In this document: positions 61,399 through 64,000 of the stretch, in pieces
Layout of the letters: every line of letters starts with the position of its first letter
How positions within the stretch are numbered: position 1 is the first letter of the stretch
Origin: a bacterium
GTDB lineage: Bacteria > JAAXHH01
NCBI GenBank assembly: GCA_965200485.1
Contig: CBDAUD010000001.1
Span: forward strand, 793,102 to 857,101
Length of the DNA stretch: 64,000 nucleotides
Direction: 5' to 3'
Notes under the pieces: generated by a model
What the model was told of the DNA's origin: nothing
Databases searched by the model: none
The model's input: the letters and a program-made list of their open reading frames with translations, nothing else
Position numbers and translations under genes: made by a program

Positions 61399-63969
61399 AT
61401 GCCAATCAAACGGATGTTCTGCCTGCTCGTCTTCCCGCTGTTGTTCCAGACTTCAAGTGCGCACCCGTCAAGCTTGGAACAGACGATCGCGCAAGGGGCG
61501 GGCTCTGACGTTTCGCCTGATCCGCAGGAGCCGACGGATCAACAGCCTCGTCATCTTCGACTGCTCGTGGTCGATTACGCCATGGCCTATCCCGAAGAGA
61601 ACACCCGGGTGATCCGGGCATTCTCGGAAGCGGGTTTCCATGTCGATTACCGACCATACTATCCGGCGCTGGTGAAACAGGACGCCGGTGTCTACGACGT
61701 CATCTTGCTGCTGGGCGGAGCGGGTCCCGGCATGAGCATCGAGGAAGTGAACTTGGCCATCAACTTCGTCGCGCGGGGGAAAGTGCTTGTTTTGGCGATG
61801 CCGTCAAATGGTCCATACGGCGATCGGAGAAAAGTCAATCCCGGCGTTCACGACAGGTACCAGTTCAACGAGGTCATGAGTCGCCTGAACATCAATCTGC
61901 ACGCCCTGAACGCCGACCATGCACTCAGTCCAGTCCTGAATCCCGTAGTCTTGTTCGAACCTGCTGCGGACCATCCTGTGTCACAGACCCTAGAAGGTGC
62001 CGTGGCCGCCCGCGCCGGCACGCGCCTGCTAGTGGGCGCCGGGACTATCCCACTGCTCCTTGAGCCGGAAAGGGCGGAAACGGAGAAGGAGCCCGAAGAA
62101 CCGCTGGCTCCCGAAGCGGAACCCGAGTACCGGCTGGTTAGGCGCACCCTGCGCATCCAGCCCGAAAACACCATCGCGGGAGAGGAAGTCGAGCTGCTGC
62201 TGCGCGGTGTCCGGGAACTGCGGACCAGCCTCTACTACCGCAACAGAGCAGCGCCTGCGCCGGTGGATTGGAGCACCTCGAGATTCAAGGGCAGGGTGGA
62301 GGGGGTTACGGACTCGAAAGACACGTTGACCGTGCGCATGCCCGGCAACCGCTGGGGAGCCGAGCACGCATTGGTGACCGTTCCGGTTGGCGTCATCGCC
62401 GCAGCATTCGCCGATCGGGAAATACGGGAGGAGATTCAGTCCGCGACCGATCTGGCGTCCATGCGGGACGACCCGGAGGCTTTTGGTCGCATGGCCGTAG
62501 TGGCCGCAGGCAGGACCGACCGGCTGAGCAAAGGCTTCGTACTGGCGATCGACCGCCAGACGCTTACCGGTCTGGACCGGCCCCTCGCTCCTCTGGGCAT
62601 GGGTCCCCCTATTTCGGCTTTTGACAGATTGGAAACGTTCCTCAGGGAAACTGCACGGTACGTCCACGCGCTGACCGATTCCCCCGGGGCATGGTCCCCC
62701 GACCACGATTATCCCGCGGTCACGATGCCCGGAAACCGTAAACCCGACATAACCCTCAACGATGTTTCTATTCTGACCGCGTTGCCCGAACGCGTCCGGG
62801 TGATCAATAGTTTGGCGTCCGGTCCGAGCCTGGATTCAGGCACAGAGCCGGGTTCAAGGTCCAACACCATTCCGGACCCGGAAACGAAAACAGATGCGGG
62901 GGTCTCGTACGATCCAGCGGACGACGTTTCGCATCGGGGCGTATGGGATTTTATCGCCCGGCATCATGAACAGGTGGCCGATCTCGCCGAACTGCTGCCG
63001 GGTCTGGGAATGGATTTTCTATGGACCGTGGCGCCAGCAGCCAGTTACGTCGGAGGTGCTTCGGCGCCAGCCGATTTACGTTTCGAAGCCTGGACGCTAC
63101 CGATCATGAACCGTCTGGCCGGTACGCCAACGGCTTGGTACGCCGGCGTCAGCGCGCCCCGTGAAGGGGAGATTTCCGGTGATTTCGTGGATGCGGTGGA
63201 TGCCCGGGGCGACCCCGTTGGACTGCCCTCCAGGCTGGATATGGCCTACCAGAGCAACCATCTCTTCAAACCCGCTCGCGCCATCGCCCGGCACAGCAGC
63301 AGCCACGCATTCCCAAACGCCATTGTGCATGACTGGGAGCCCCATATCAACCGGCCCCTGGAAGCGTATGCCGCGACCGATATCTTCGACGATCTGCATT
63401 TCCGTTACTTCGTACGTCATCTTGCCCGGAATGGACTGTATCAAGGCGACGAGTTCAAGTCGCTCTTGGGACTGGGTCGGGACAACCGATTCGAATGGCT
63501 GCTGAAGTCGGGATACCTTGAGACCTACATCCAGCTGCAGGAGTACAACGCCGAGCGGCTTGGCACGCTCTACAGGCAATCCATAGACGCTATCGATGCC
63601 CGGCTGCGCCATGGCGCTTTCGTCCGTTCCCTGCGGCCGGACTGGTTTCGTCTGGGTTTCTGGCGCGGCGCCGGTACACCGACGCGCCCCTTCCTCGTGT
63701 TCTCCTACGAGAGGCCACCGGAATGGTACGCAGGATTCCTGCGTGCCCGGGGGGTCTATGCCCGGGTGATCCCGGTCGGATTGTTGGGCTTGTTGGACCA
63801 AGAGAACCTGGAAGGCCACCTTCGAAGCGCCGCCGATCAGGGAGGATACACCCTGGAGCGCGGCATCTGGCTCCTCGCCGACCCGACGGAAGAGACGATC
63901 CTGAACGCGCCCCGGAAGGACCTGACCCGCGAAGCGTTGCTGGAGACCATAAGGAAGGTGGGGCATTAA
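61399..63969 (+). CDS. Large secreted hypothetical protein
   Basis: ORF track frame 61339..63969; the ATG at 61399 gives a signal peptide MPIKRMFCLLVFPLLFQTSSA. The N-terminal alpha/beta region (LRLLVVDYAM...YDVILLLGGAG...KVLVLAMP) is followed by an acidic linker (EPERAETEKEPEEPLAPEAEPE) and a ~600-aa C-terminal region I cannot assign. Confidence 0.7.
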   Translation: MPIKRMFCLLVFPLLFQTSSAHPSSLEQTIAQGAGSDVSPDPQEPTDQQPRHLRLLVVDYAMAYPEENTRVIRAFSEAGFHVDYRPYYPALVKQDAGVYDVILLLGGAGPGMSIEEVNLAINFVARGKVLVLAMPSNGPYGDRRKVNPGVHDRYQFNEVMSRLNINLHALNADHALSPVLNPVVLFEPAADHPVSQTLEGAVAARAGTRLLVGAGTIPLLLEPERAETEKEPEEPLAPEAEPEYRLVRRTLRIQPENTIAGEEVELLLRGVRELRTSLYYRNRAAPAPVDWSTSRFKGRVEGVTDSKDTLTVRMPGNRWGAEHALVTVPVGVIAAAFADREIREEIQSATDLASMRDDPEAFGRMAVVAAGRTDRLSKGFVLAIDRQTLTGLDRPLAPLGMGPPISAFDRLETFLRETARYVHALTDSPGAWSPDHDYPAVTMPGNRKPDITLNDVSILTALPERVRVINSLASGPSLDSGTEPGSRSNTIPDPETKTDAGVSYDPADDVSHRGVWDFIARHHEQVADLAELLPGLGMDFLWTVAPAASYVGGASAPADLRFEAWTLPIMNRLAGTPTAWYAGVSAPREGEISGDFVDAVDARGDPVGLPSRLDMAYQSNHLFKPARAIARHSSSHAFPNAIVHDWEPHINRPLEAYAATDIFDDLHFRYFVRHLARNGLYQGDEFKSLLGLGRDNRFEWLLKSGYLETYIQLQEYNAERLGTLYRQSIDAIDARLRHGAFVRSLRPDWFRLGFWRGAGTPTRPFLVFSYERPPEWYAGFLRARGVYARVIPVGLLGLLDQENLEGHLRSAADQGGYTLERGIWLLADPTEETILNAPRKDLTREALLETIRKVGH

Positions 63970-64000
63970 GACGCACGAAAGCCGGAAACGCAGTCGATAG

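Overview
GC-rich bacterial chromosomal window centred on the replication origin. On the minus strand, rsmG-mnmG-mnmE-yidC-yidD-rnpA-rpmH diverge from plus-strand dnaA-[oriC: DnaA boxes plus AT-rich unwinding region]-dnaN-recF-DUF721-gyrB-gyrA. The left 10 kb looks accessory or decayed. It holds a headless STAND-like ORF with a G16 tract, an ABC ATPase, a tandemly duplicated small coiled-coil gene that also copied the comEC 5' end, comEC, an FtsX-type permease, a twice-disrupted secreted TonB_C gene and a TlpA-like redoxin. Next come carB, argJ, pepP and two tandem moeA genes. Right of the origin lies a complete LysW amino-carrier (AAA-lysine type) cluster. It has a candidate leader-peptide/terminator element between lysW and the ligase genes, a degenerate LysX paralog, and hisS embedded in the operon. 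After that come an orphan MoxR/VWA(CoxE-like) pair and a variant System I cytochrome c maturation operon (CcmE with CxxxY, plus two uncharacterised membrane proteins with CcmI-N-like helices between ccmE and ccmABCD). The window ends with trmJ-like, truA, an orphan ecfT behind a roughly 255-nt structured leader, thrC, a DUF1207-like barrel, acnA, gap and large secreted hypothetical proteins. I found no tRNA, rRNA, CRISPR array, transposase or integrase. Four short genes missing from the ORF track (rpmH, lysW, ccmD, candidate leader peptide) were found by manual translation. All calls rest on motif-level reading only. Start codons are approximate and no database search was possible.
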